From positions 30,876,001 through 30,940,000 of the forward strand of contig OZ024754.1 in assembly GCA_964016885.1 (NCBI GenBank): a stretch of 64,000 nt of DNA, given 5' to 3'. A program made the position numbers and the translations under genes. Source of the stretch: Eledone cirrhosa. Lineage: Eukaryota. Of the stretch, positions 11,378 through 25,604 are shown piece by piece (position 1 is the stretch's first letter; each line of letters opens with the position of its first letter). The notes beneath the pieces are model-generated. The model was given only the letters and a program-made list of their open reading frames with translations. It did no database searches and was not told the origin of the DNA.

Positions 11378-11534
11378 TAATAATAATAAATGTGAAGACT
11401 AAAATCCAAAGAGGGTTCGATAAGGATAATGTATATATTAAAATATATAAAAACATAGAGCAAATATTTTTTTAAATAACAGATTAAAGTTTAAGCAAAG
11501 AATCACTGCTTTCACCCTTAACGGGATCTTCTGA
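11378..11534 (-). mobile_element. Family E TA-embedded element with a degenerate hammerhead
   Basis: RC begins CAGAAGA-UCCC-GUUAA-GGGU-GAAA-GCAG. Other copies at ~22095-22248 (+), 34598-34778 (fold-back) and 55121-55208 (-). Confidence 0.6.
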
Positions 11535-11729
11535 TATATATATATATATACATATATATATAATTGTCGTTTTAATGTCTGCTTTCCCTGCTAGAAAGAG
11601 CTGGACTGGTCTATATAGATTAAGTCCGTACTGAAGCAGAACCATTGATCTCCCAAGCATACCAGGTATCTGTGTATGTAGAAGTGGGGGGTTAAATTTG
11701 TGAGTTGAGAATATCTGTTAGGGATATTT

Positions 11730-11795
<66 letters not shown>

Positions 11796-11825
11796 TATGT
11801 ACATATATATATATATATATATATA

Positions 11826-12016
11826 ATGAAGGAAATATGGTAAGGAACCAGGTGGACCATAACGCACCAAAGTACTCAATACTTAGGGTAGTAGAGTGGG
11901 TAATAGGAACGAGTAGGACCCTGACGGCTGAGCTCAAGCCGTTTCGACGGCTAATTCTGGACTCCAGAATTAGCCGTCGAAACGGCTTGAGCTCAGCTGT
12001 CGGGGTCCTACTTGTT

Positions 12017-12020
<4 letters not shown>
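11826..12020. mobile_element. Family A fold-back element with asymmetric arms, in (TA)n
   Basis: Near-identical to 3508-3779; centre CTGG-ACT-CCAG; right arm truncated. Confidence 0.85.
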
Positions 12021-12110
<90 letters not shown>

Positions 12111-12277
12111 TATATACATACATATATAAGTATCGATGGACTTTCGGCAAATCAGACTGAGGAAACAATGTGAAATTAAGTGTCTTGCTCAAGGACATAA
12201 CGCATCGCCGGGTCCAGGAATCGAACTCACAACATATATATATATACACATACATATATGTATACATACACACACAC

Positions 12278-12373
<96 letters not shown>

Positions 12374-12375
<2 letters not shown>

Positions 12376-12645
12376 CAGAAGGGATATTCAATTTGTTGGT
12401 AATTCAACAAATATAAATGTTTATAACTGATTTAGAGCACCCAACAAGTTTTTCTGGAGTATAATATACAATGATATTAAATAAATGGAAATTATATTTA
12501 TAAAACCATATTTATTCTATTATATATATTTCAAGGGTACCAAAATTTTTTTACGCTATCATCAGATAAAATACGAAGTGTGTTTTATAAATTTTGACAT
12601 AGCCACGGAGAATACACCTTAACAGTTCAAGTTTTCCTTGGATAG
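12374..12645 (-). mobile_element. Family B single-arm copy with a degraded hammerhead (12513-12573)
   Basis: Colinear with 10213-10440; core TCATCAG and TTTC retained. Confidence 0.7.
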
Positions 12646-12717
12646 TGAAAAGATAAGAGAAGAAACGTCAGATATTTCAAATTATTAAGATGAGTATGCA
12701 AATGAGGTTTAGGTAAA

Positions 12718-12761
<44 letters not shown>

Positions 12762-12764
<3 letters not shown>

Positions 12765-13210
12765 AAAGTTCTATTTAAAATTGTTGGGATACAACAAGTA
12801 AATATTTTATAACTGATATAAAGCACTCGACAAGTATTTGGAGTAGATATACGATATAAATAAATGGAAACTATATTTATAAAACCATATTTATTTCATT
12901 ATACATATTTCAGGGATACCAAATTAAATTATGGTATGCCTTCATCAGACAAAATACAATATATAACAGTTTTACAAATAAGCATTGACATACCCTATTA
13001 AAATACAACCATTGTTTTTGGAAGTAATCCGGATTACTTCCAAAAACAATGGTTGCATTTTAATAGGGTACGTCAACGCTTATTTGTAAAACTGTTATAT
13101 ATTGTATTTTGTCTGATGAAGGCATACCATAATTTAATTTGGTATCCCTGAAATATGTATAATGAAATAAATATGGTTTTATAAATATAGTTTCCATTTA
13201 TTAATATCGT
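12762..13210. mobile_element. Family B fold-back element, zero-spacer centre at 13030/13031, hammerheads at 12892-12956 (-) and 13105-13169 (+)
   Basis: Centre GAAGTAATCC|GGATTACTTC; ~180-bp arms; (TA)n on both sides. Confidence 0.85.
13105..13169 (+). ncRNA. Minimal type I hammerhead ribozyme, family B variant
   Basis: UAUUUUGU-CUGAUGA-AGGCAUACCA/loop/UGGUAUCCCU-GAAA-UAUGUA-UA^-AUGAAAUA; stem I is kept by two G-U pairs. Confidence 0.75.
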
Positions 13211-13599
13211 ATATATATATATATATATATATATATGAATGGTTTTCTGAAGAGAAACGGAAGAGAATTGCAGCTGAATAAGGTACTCATTATATAGTTA
13301 CATATTTATATTTACTTCATATTATATTGACATCTACAGGATTAGAACTGTTTTGTTCATTTGGAATCATACATACATAGATAGATACATACATAGATAT
13401 ATACATACATATATACATACATATATACATACATAGATACATACATACATATATAGATACATACATAGGTATATACATACATATATACATACATACATAC
13501 ATATATACATAGATACATACATACATAGATAGATACATACATAGGTATATATATATAAATTCAAAATATTAACAAAATAGATATTCTTGTGATCAAGTA

Positions 13600-13666
13600 T
13601 ATTTTATTATACATATTTCAGAGGTACTGTGTTAAGTTCAACAGTACGTCCTCATCAGATAAAATA
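13600..13666 (-). ncRNA. Minimal type I hammerhead ribozyme, family C
   Basis: RC: UAUUUUAU-CUGAUGA-GGACGUACUGU/loop/ACAGUACCUCU-GAAA-UAUGUA-UA^-AUAAAAUA. Confidence 0.75.
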
Positions 13667-13925
13667 AGATGATGCAGTGACATACCCTGACATAGTAGAT
13701 GGTTAAGATTCAGTCATGGTAGTATAAGGTATATACATACATATAAGTATAAGGTATATACATACATATAGTATAAGGTATATACATACATATATACATG
13801 CATATATACATACATAGATTCATACATACATATATATACATACATAGATACATACATACATAGATACATGCATCTATACATATATACATGCATATATATA
13901 CATATATACATACATATATACCTAC

Positions 13926-14064
<139 letters not shown>

Positions 14065-14756
14065 TAGCGTGGAAAATGGACGTTAAATGAAGATGATGAT
14101 GATGATGATGATGATGATATATCTGTCCAGACATGATTCTTGTTTTCCTCTCTCTCACCTTTTTCTCTATCTCACTCTCTTTCTCATTCTGAAATTCTAC
14201 CTCAGCTGTCTGTCTGTCTGTCTGTCTTCTTTTCCTTCTTCTTCTTCTTCTTCTTCTTCTTCTTCTTCTTCTTCTTCTTCTTCTTCTCCTCCCTTCCTTC
14301 CTTCCTTCCTTCCTTCCTCCTCACCTTTACTACTTGTTTCTTTCTGTCTTTCTTTTTCACTTTGTCTTCCACCATTTTTTATTTCACTCTCACCTAACTA
14401 CCACCACTCTCTTTATCCCTCCTCTCTATCTCTCTCACCCTCTCTCTCACCCTCTCTCTCTCTACCAGACGAGGAGAGAGTGAGAGAACACAGACAGTGT
14501 CTGAGTCTGTCTTTACACACACACACACACAGATATATATATATATACACACATATATATATATATATATGTGTGTGTGAAAAAATTCTATATATATTAT
14601 ATATATATTTAAAGATATATATATATATATTATATATATATGTTTAAAGATATATATATATATATATGAAGATATATACATATATATATATATATTTTTT
14701 TAAAGATATATACACATATATATATATTTAAAGATATATTATATATATATATATAT

Positions 14757-14970
14757 AACAAAAGAATTGTGGTAAGGAACCAGATGGACCATAACGCACC
14801 AGAGTACTCAATACTTAGGGTAGTAGAGTGGGTAATAGGAAAAAGTATGACCCCAATGGCAGAGCTCAAGTAGTTTCGACGGCTATTTCTGGACTATTTG
14901 AGTCCAGAAATAGTCCAGAAATAGCCACCAAAACGACTTGAGCTCTGCCATTGGGGTCATACTTTTTCCT
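14757..14970. mobile_element. Family A fold-back element (subfamily variant) in (TA)n
   Basis: Homologous to 3508-3779; the centre has a short duplication of AGTCCAGAAAT. Confidence 0.8.
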
Positions 14971-15056
14971 ATATATATATATATATATATATGTAATCTA
15001 TATATATGTAATATATATATATATATATGTATATATATATGTAATCTATATATATG

Positions 15057-15109
<53 letters not shown>

Positions 15110-15153
15110 ATATGTAATATATATATATGCAATATATATATATATATACATAT

Positions 15154-15205
<52 letters not shown>

Positions 15206-15248
15206 ATATATATGTAATATATATGTAATATGTATATATATATACATA

Positions 15249-15299
<51 letters not shown>

Positions 15300-15343
15300 A
15301 TATATATGTAATATATATGTAATATGTATATATATATACATAT

Positions 15344-15393
<50 letters not shown>

Positions 15394-15532
15394 ATATATA
15401 TGTAATATATATGTAATATGTATATATATATATATATATATATATGTAATATATAAATATGTAATATGTATATATATATATATATATATATATGTAATAT
15501 GTATATATATATACATATTACATATATATGTA

Positions 15533-15625
<93 letters not shown>

Positions 15626-15722
15626 ATTGTATGAGAACCTGCTGATGCTGTGATGTGACAGTAGCCAGAGCAATGGATATGATAATGAATGAAATTTCAA
15701 TATTAATCACTGTAATTCCACA

Positions 15723-16221
15723 TCTCTCTCTCTCTCTCTCTCTCCCCCTCTCTCTCTCTCTCTCTCTCACTCTCTCTCTCTCTCTCTCTCTCTCGCTCTC
15801 GCTCTCTCTCTCTCTCTCTCGCTCTCGCTCTCTCTCTATGTATTTATCTATCTCTGAATCTCTCTTTCTCTTTTCTCTTTCTTCTCCCTTCTCTCACTCT
15901 CTTTCCTCTCTCTTTTCTCACTCGCTTTTCTCACTCTCTTCTCACTATCTTCTTTTTCTCTTCCCTCTTCTCTCCCTCTTCTCTCTCTCTCTCTTTTCCC
16001 TCTTCTCTCTCTCTCTTTTCTCCCTCTTCTCTCACTCTTTTCTCTCTCTCTTCTCTTCTCCGTCTCTCTTCGCTCTCTCCCTTTCTACCTCTCTCTTCCA
16101 CTTTCTCTATCTGTCCATCTCCTCATTCCCTCTCCCCACTTCTCTCTCTCCTCCCTTTCTATTCTACCTTGTCTTCCCCTGTCTCTCCTTTCTCTCTCCT
16201 CTCCTCTTTCTCACTCTGTAT

Positions 16222-16264
<43 letters not shown>

Positions 16265-16398
16265 TCCTTCTCTTCAGGAATATCCCCTCCTGCTAACAAC
16301 TACAGCAACATGGTTTCTTGCAGTGGTGGTGGTGGTGGTGGTGGTGGTGGTGGTGGTGGTGGCGGTGGCGGTGGTGGTGGTGGTGGTGGTAGTGGTGG

Positions 16399-16429
<31 letters not shown>

Positions 16430-17204
16430 GGTGGTGGTGGTGGTGGTGGTGGTGGTAGTGGTGGTGGTGGTGGTGGTGGTGGTGGTAGTGGTGGTGGTGG
16501 TAGTGGTGGTGGTGGTGGTGGTAGTGGTAGTGGTGGCGGTGGTGGTGGTGGTGGTGGTGGTGGTAGTGGTGGTGGTGGTGGTGGTAGTGGTAGTGGTAGT
16601 GGTGGTGGTGGTAGTGGTAGTGGTGGTGGTGGTGGTGGTGGTGGTGGTAGTGGTGGTGGTGGTAGTGGTGGTGGTGGTGGTGGTGGTGGTAGTGGTAGTG
16701 GTGGTGGTGGTGGTGGTGGTGGTAGTGGTGGTTTCCATACTATATACCTGGCTCTTTGTTGTTGTTGTGGAGGTAGCAGTAATAGTAGAAGCTGTAGTAG
16801 TAGTACTAGTAGCAGTAGAAGCTGTAGTAGTAGTACTAGTAGCAGCAGTAGTAGTAGTAGCAGCAGTAGTAGTAATAGTAATAGTAGTAGCAGTAGCAGT
16901 AGTAGCAGTAGTAGTAGTGGTGGTGGTAGTAATACTAGTAGTAGTAGTAGTAGTAGTAGTAGCAGTAGTAGTAGAGGCAGTAGTAGTGGTGGTGGTAATA
17001 CTAGTAGTAGTAGTAGTAGTAGTAGTAGTAGCAGTAGTAGTAGTAGTAGTAGTAGTAGCAGTAGTAGCAGTAGTAGTAGTAGCAGTGGTAGTAGTAGTAG
17101 TAGTAGTAGTAGTAGCGGTAGTAGTAGCAGTGGTACTAGTAGTAGCAGTGGTACTAATAGTAGTAGCAGTGGTAGTAGTAGTAGCAGTGGTAGTAGTAGC
17201 AGTG

Positions 17205-17235
<31 letters not shown>

Positions 17236-19260
17236 CAGTGGTAGTAGTAGTAGCAGTGGTAGTAGTAGTAGCAGTGGTAGTAGTAGTCTCTATTTCTGGT
17301 TTCCACTGTAGATATTTTTTTCCTTTTTCTCATTCTCATTTTATTTTTTTCTCTCTCTAGTTCTTGGCATCTCGGAAGGTAATGGATCTGTTGTTGTTGT
17401 TGTTGTTGTTGTTGTCATTGGTGGTGGTGGTGGTGGTGGTGGTGGTGGTGGTCATGACGATGGTGATGATGCTAGTGGTGATGTTTGTGCTGTTGTTTTT
17501 CTCACTCTCAGCATCTTGGGAGGTGATGGTTCCATTTCTTGTTGCTGTCGGTGGTGATTGGTGGAGGTTGTGGTGGTGGTGGAGGTTTCTGATGATGATG
17601 ATGATGATGATGGTGATGTTGGTGATGATGGTGATGATGGTGATGATAGTGATGTTGGTGATGATGGTGATGATGGTGATGATGGTGTTGGTGGTTTTCA
17701 GTGGCGGTGATGATGATAGTGAAGATGGTGTTGGTGGTTTTCAGTGGCGGTGATGATGATAGTGAAGATGGTAGTGGTGGTGGTGGTGTTGGTGTTGGTG
17801 GTGATGATGATGGTGGTGGTGATGATGATGATAGTGGTTTTAGTGGTGATGATGAGGATGGTGAAGGTGGTGGTGGTGGTGGTGGTGGTGATGGTGGTGG
17901 TAGTGGTGGTGGTGGTGGTGATGAGGATGGTGAAGGTGGTGGTGGTGGTGATGATGGTGGTGGTGATGGTGATGGTGGTGATGGTGGTGGTGGTGGTGAT
18001 GGTGGTGATGGTGATGGTGGTGATGGTGGTGGTGGTGGTGGTGGTGGTGGTGATGGTGATGGTGGTGATGGTGATGGTGGTGATGGTGGTGGTGATGGTG
18101 GTGATGGTGGTGGTGGTGGTGGTGATGGTGGTGATGATGGTGATGGTGGTGATGGTGATGGTGGTAATGGTGGTGATGGTGGTGGTGGTGGTGGTGGTGG
18201 TGGTGGTGGTGATGTAGACTTTCTTTCAGTAAATATTGTTTTTGATCTTTGTTTTGTTTTTATTATTATTATTATTATTATTAGTATTTTTATGCTCTCA
18301 TATTTAGTGATTGCATTTATCATTGTTGTTCTTCTTCTTCTTCTTTCCGCCATTTATTTTGGCATCGGTCCGCAGTAGCGAGTTATCAGCAGCAGCAGCA
18401 GTGAGGGGAGGGAGGAGGGGGAAGGGGGTATTTCAGGTTATCACTGTTGGTGTTGTTGCTGTTGTTGTTGTTATTGTTGTTGTTGTTGTTGACCTCATTG
18501 TAATATTAGTGGTCACTATCATGGTAGATTGGAGCATATTATTATCAATGCTGGTACTGGTGGTGGTGGTGGTGGTGGTGATGGTGGTGGTGGTGGTGGT
18601 GGTGGTGGTGGTGGTGGTGGTGGTGGTGGTGGTGGTGGTGGTGGTGGTGGTGGTGGTGATGGTGGTGGTGGTGCTGGTGGTGGTGTTCTGGTGGTGGTGG
18701 TGGTGGTGGTGGTGGTGATGGTGGTGGTGGTGGTGGTGATGGTAGTGGTGGTGATGGTGGTGGTGGTGGTGGTGGTGGTGGTGGTGGTGGTGATGGTAGT
18801 GGTGGTGATGGTGGTGGTGGTGGTGGTGTTCTGGTGGTGGTGGTGGTGGTGGTGGTGGTGGTGGTGGTGGTGGTGGTGGTGGTGGTGGTGATGGTGGTGA
18901 TGGTGGTGGTGGTGGTGGTGGTGGTGATGGTAGTGGTGGTGATGGTGGTGGTGGTGGTGGTGGTGTTCTGGTGGTGGTGGTGATGGTGGTGGTGTTCTGG
19001 TGGTGGTGGTGGTGGTGGTGGTGGTGGTAGTGGTGATGATGGTGGTGGTGGTGGTGGTGGTAGTGGTGATGATGGTGGTGGTGGTGGAGGTGGTGGTGTT
19101 CTGGTGGTGGTGGTGGTTGTGGTGTTCTGGTGGTGGTGGTGGTGGTGGTGGTTGTGGTGTTCTGGTGGTGGTGGTGGTGGTGGTGGTTGTGGTGGTGGTG
19201 GTGGTGGTGGTTGTGGTGGTGGTGGTGGTGGTGGTGGTGGTGGTTGTGGTGTTCTGGTGG

Positions 19261-19291
<31 letters not shown>

Positions 19292-19815
19292 GGTGATGGT
19301 AGTGGTGATGGTGGTGGTGGTGGTGGTGGTGGTGGTGATGGTAGTGGTGGTGCTGGTGGTGGTGGTGGTGGTGGTGGTGGTGGTGGTTGTGCTGCTAGTG
19401 GTGCTGGTGGTGCTGGTGTTGCTGATGCTGCTGATGGTGCTGGTGCTGCTGATGGTGCTGGCAGTGCTGTTGTTGATGCTGCTGGTGCTGCTAGTGGTGC
19501 TGGTGCTGCTAGTGGTGCTGGTGCTGCTAGTGGTGCTGGTGCTGCTGATGGTGCTGTTGATAGTGGTGGTGCTGCTAGTGCTGCTGGTGCTGCTAGTGCT
19601 GCTGGTGCTGCTGATGGTGCTAGTGGGACTGGTGCTGCTGATGGTGCTGGTGCTGCTAGTGCTGCTGGTGGTGCTTGTGCTGCTGGTGCTGCTGGCAGTG
19701 CTGTTGTTGATGCTGCTGGTGCTGCTGCTGTTGTGGTTGGAGTAGGGGAGAGGTAGAGAGGTGGTGGTGGTGTAGTGGTGTAGTGGTGTGGTGTGGTGTG
19801 GTGGTGTGGTGGTGT
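15723..19815. repeat. Compound low-complexity block: (CT)n, (GGT)n, (AGT)n, (GAT/GGT)n and (GCT/GGT)n with short unique linkers
   Basis: Direct reading. Confidence 0.9.
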
Positions 19816-20145
19816 GTGTTTCAACTTCACATTCACGCTGTTATTGATGCTGTCATCCATTCTCTCGCTCTCATTATCTGACGGACTATCTACCTCTCAC
19901 GTCATTCCAGGTATCTCTCTGTCCTTCTTCCCCACCTTCACAGTCATCACTGTCTGTAGCAGACACCCAATCCTTCTACACCCACACAACATATCCCTAC
20001 TTCCCACCTGTTCCCTATTTTTCCACTGTCTGCAACTCAGCTGATTCCCCAGTATATTTCACCTTTAACATTATTGCATTCTCTCCCTCTTTCTATCTCG
20101 CTTTGTAATATCTTCATATATGTATGTATGTATGTATATATATAC

Positions 20146-20191
<46 letters not shown>

Positions 20192-20195
20192 TATA

Positions 20196-20297
<102 letters not shown>

Positions 20298-20300
20298 TAT

Positions 20301-20395
<95 letters not shown>

Positions 20396-20417
20396 ATATA
20401 TATCTATACATACAAAC

Positions 20418-20448
<31 letters not shown>

Positions 20449-20629
20449 TATACATACAAACATAAATATATATATATATGTATATATATATATTTATGTT
20501 TGTATGTATATGTATATATATATATATGTATATATGTGTTTGTATGTATATATATATATATATATGTATAGATATATGTATTGCATTCTCTCCCTGTTTC
20601 TATCTCGCTTTGTAATATGTTTGTATATG

Positions 20630-20706
<77 letters not shown>

Positions 20707-20717
20707 TTGTATGTATA

Positions 20718-20768
<51 letters not shown>

Positions 20769-20774
20769 GTATAG

Positions 20775-20884
<110 letters not shown>

Positions 20885-20886
20885 AG

Positions 20887-20946
<60 letters not shown>

Positions 20947-21105
20947 GTATATATATATACACACACACACACATGTATACATATATCCCATAATCTTACT
21001 TGTTTTATTTCTAAATATACACTTATCTTTCACACTACCTAGCACTTATTTGCACAAATTCGCTCTCTATACATACATACACACACATACATACAAAATA
21101 TATAT

Positions 21106-21217
<112 letters not shown>

Positions 21218-21546
21218 GTGTGTGTATATATATGTATATATATGTGTGAGTGTGTGTGTATATAACCATGCAAGCACACACACATATATGCATGTGCAGA
21301 CATGTACACAATTCTATATGGAACATGAACAAGACAAGGTACCTGACCTGTCTAGTCTTATTCAACCCATACCTGGTTGGAACATGGATGAAAAAATTCT
21401 GATGTTGGTTATGTACATCCTTCATTTTTTATATGTTCTGCAAGATTCTTGATGTGAAATCGTGTGTTGAAACAGATATTGTTATACTTTGAGAGGGATA
21501 TACTTGGAGCGTTTTTAGGTTTTTATTGGTAACATGACTCTACTAA

Positions 21547-21581
<35 letters not shown>

Positions 21582-21668
21582 ACACACACACAAATTCACA
21601 CTCATATATATATATATACATATATTTATATACATATATTCATATACGCACAAATATATTTATATATA

Positions 21669-21704
<36 letters not shown>

Positions 21705-21804
21705 CATACATATATACATACATATATACATACATATATATATATATATATATATGCATACACACATATACATATATACATATATATATATACACATATA
21801 TATA

Positions 21805-21872
<68 letters not shown>

Positions 21873-21999
21873 TTTATATATTCATATATATACATATATC
21901 ATTTTACACCCGCTTTCCCTTGCTTGCATATGTGTGTATATATGTATCATCATCATCATCATCAACATCATTTTACGTCCGCTTTTCCCTGCTTGCAGG

Positions 22000-22062
<63 letters not shown>

Positions 22063-22247
22063 TGTATATACATATATGTATATACATACATAATAAGATC
22101 TCGTTAAGGGTGAAAGCAGCTATTTTTTGCTTAAACTTTAATCTGTTATTTTAATAAATATTTGCTCTACGGTTCTTATATATCTGATATATATTTATCC
22201 TTATCGAGCCCTCTTTGGATTTTAGTCTTCAAATTTATTATTATTAC

Positions 22248-22281
<34 letters not shown>

Positions 22282-22535
22282 TACAACATATACATCTTTA
22301 TATAACAGTACACTCCACATCAAAAATAAATGAATTCCAACCACATCTAAACTGCCTGCATTACACCATATACTCAGATATAAAAACATACAATGTTTAC
22401 ATCTAAATCAACACTGACTACAAACAAAATTATTTAGCAAAACATTTCTTATCTAACCAACAAAATCCCTGAATTACAAGGACATATTAACCACCAAATC
22501 AAAATAAGGAACCAACACACAGCTATATATTTATA

Positions 22536-22585
<50 letters not shown>

Positions 22586-22587
<2 letters not shown>

Positions 22588-22775
22588 AAAAAGTATGACC
22601 CCGACGGCAGAGCTCAAGCCGTTTTGACAGCTATTTCAGTCCAGAAATAGCCGTCGAAACGGCTTTAGATCTGCCGTCAGGGTCATACTTTTTCTTATTT
22701 CCCACTCTACTACCCTAAGTATTGAGTACTCTGGTGCGTTATGGTCCATCTGTTTCCTTACCACAATTCCTTTGT

Positions 22776-22777
<2 letters not shown>
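22586..22777. mobile_element. Family A fold-back element with a short left arm, in (TA)n
   Basis: Junction GACAGCTATTTC|AGTCCAGAAATAGCCGTCGAAAC; long arm ends TTCCTTTGTTA-(TA)n. Confidence 0.8.
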
Positions 22778-22807
<30 letters not shown>

Positions 22808-24637
22808 CATATATATATACACACATGCACACAAGCATACACACACACACATGCACACACACACACACACACATACACACACACACACATATATTATATA
22901 TTATATATATATATATATAAATGAAAGGTATAGAAAGTATTGTAGCAAGAAGCCAACAGTATTCCATAATATATAAATATATATATATATTTATATATTT
23001 ATATAACATATATTTATATATTTATATATATATATGAGTGTATATTTATCTATATATATATGTGATCAAAGCCCTTTTCATTCTTTTAAAATCCATCCGC
23101 CATCCTCCATCCCACAAATTATCTTATCTTTGTTATTACCATTAATTAATTTCTTACCTGTATATTTTCTCCCTTTTCTCTCTCTCTCTCTTTGTCCATC
23201 TCTCTCTACTGCACAACCCCAGTCTAGCCAGTGGATCTATAAACTACCATATTTTACACATTTTCCTAAATGGATTTGGAAAAAAAAACATTCTTGGACA
23301 TTCCCCCTACTGTAAAAATCTAAAGGTAGGTCGGATAATGTTTATTAATTAATTCATCGTTATTTTCTTACCTGTTGCTCATCTTTTTATCTTTTATGTA
23401 ACTCGTTTTTTTTTTAATGTAAATACTCACTGTCCTTGTTTATTTATAATGTCCTTAATGTTTCCTGCCCAGGTGATCAATAATGGAATCATCATCATCA
23501 TCACCATCATCTATATCATCATTGTCATTATCATTTTTATATATTTTATTTTTTATATTTTTTTCCTTGTTAACCGTTTTTGTTATTGTGTATTTTTACT
23601 CACCCCCCACCCCCCACCCCCACTGCCCCTGTCTTTGTATTGTCCCCTACATGCCGGCCCTTGTGGCCAATAAATGAAATCACTGGGTAATTGCTGGCCT
23701 TGTGCCTAAAGTAGAAACAATTATTATTATCATTGAACTCTGTCGAGGTTAGCTTTGTCTTTCATCCTTTTGGGGGTCATTAAAATAAAGTACCAGTAAT
23801 GCACTGGGGGTTTGATTTAATCGACTTTCCCTTCCCCTTCAAATTGCAGGCCTTGTGCCTATAGTAGAAACAATTATTATGATTATGATTATTATTATGT
23901 TTTTGTCTTGTGCCATCATAATGGTTTTCTTAATGTAAACCCTTTGTCGTGGATAAAGAAATCATCATTATTATTTTTGAATTGGCAGTATCGGTAGAGG
24001 GTCGGACGCCATGCTTTGACGCATAGAGTTACGGCCCTTGCCATTCTGAGTTCAAATCCCGCCGAGGTTAACTTTGCCTGTCTTCTTTACGGAGTCGATA
24101 AAATAAAGTACCAGTAATACACTGGGTAATTGCTGGCCTTGTGCCAAAAAGTAGAAACAATTATTATTTTTACGAATTTGCTACCTCAGTCATTGAGGTT
24201 ATTTAACCCGGAGAATTAACCCAAATGAACATCAAGTCGCTACCTGCAGCCTCAGATATTCAGGACATATTGGAGGGTCCTTTAGCTTTGCTTTTCATCC
24301 TTACGGGGTCGATAAAATAAAGTACCAGTAATGTACTGGGGTCGATTCAATCGACTTTCTCCCCTCCCCCAAATTGCTGGCCTTTTGCCTAAAGTAGAAA
24401 CCATTATTATTATTATTATTATTATCATTATTATTATTATTATTGTTGTTACACGGCATTGATGTTAAACCTTCACGTCATAATCACTATCATCATCATT
24501 ATCACCATCACTATCATCATTATCATTATCATCATCATCATCATCATCATTATTATTATCATTATTATTTGTGTTTTTCTTCTACCTTTAGTTTCGTTTC
24601 CATTTCTTGCCGAATGTCTTCTTGACAACTAGGGCGG

Positions 24638-24685
<48 letters not shown>

Positions 24686-24817
24686 TGTATATCTTCATTG
24701 TTAAATTAGTCTTGCCATTGTGCACTTTTACTCGACCTTAATGTAAAGCCCCCCCCCCCACTGTCCCTGTCTTTGTATTGTCCCCTACATGTCAGCCCTT
24801 GTGGTCAATAAATGAAA

Positions 24818-24858
<41 letters not shown>

Positions 24859-25082
24859 GTTATTAGTGTTTACATACAAAACACACACACTGACACACAC
24901 ACATACAAAACACACACACTGACACACACTGACACACACACACATACAAAACACACTGACACACACACACACATACAAACAATCTGTTTTCATCCTGTTG
25001 TAGTCCTAATATTTTTTTAATGTAAATCCTTTGTGGTAAATAAAGAAATGACTATTATCATTATCATTATTATTATAAGTCT

Positions 25083-25260
25083 TATTCCTATTGTGTTATC
25101 ATCAATGTATTACTGAGCACAGCTCTGTGTGCCTTGGGTATGTGCAGTGTGGTTTTTTGGTGGTGTTGTTTCTATTGTATTGAGAGTACTCGTCGTGATA
25201 TGTGTGCAGTGCATAGTAGTACTATTTTTTCTCTATGCTGTATTGATATGATGGTCGATT
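25083..25260 (-). mobile_element. 3' fragment of an R4/Dong-like (RLE) non-LTR retrotransposon
   Basis: Minus frame KIVLLCTAHISRRVLSIQ* (25228-25172) resembles the QKxxLLGTAxILRxVL C-terminus of this clade. It ends beside a TAA/ATT microsatellite. Confidence 0.55.
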
Positions 25261-25604
25261 TAAGTATACTTCCTATTGGAATGCACACAACCTATGGTCT
25301 AGGTTGTGTAGCATTCTTGTCCTTTCTCCTATTAAAGTCCTTCATTCAATATCTTCGGCCCTTGTGGCCAATATAAAAAAAATATTATTATTAAAATTAT
25401 TTAACTTCATTTTTTTTTTATTTTGAAAACTCAAACCCATACGTCAACACAAACTCACACATACACACACACTATATTCTATATATATAGAATCAGTTCC
25501 CGTCCCACCCTTGCAAGCAGGGAAAAAGCAGACGTAAAATGAAATGATGATGATGATATATATATATATATATTGATATATATATATATATATATCATTT
25601 ATAT

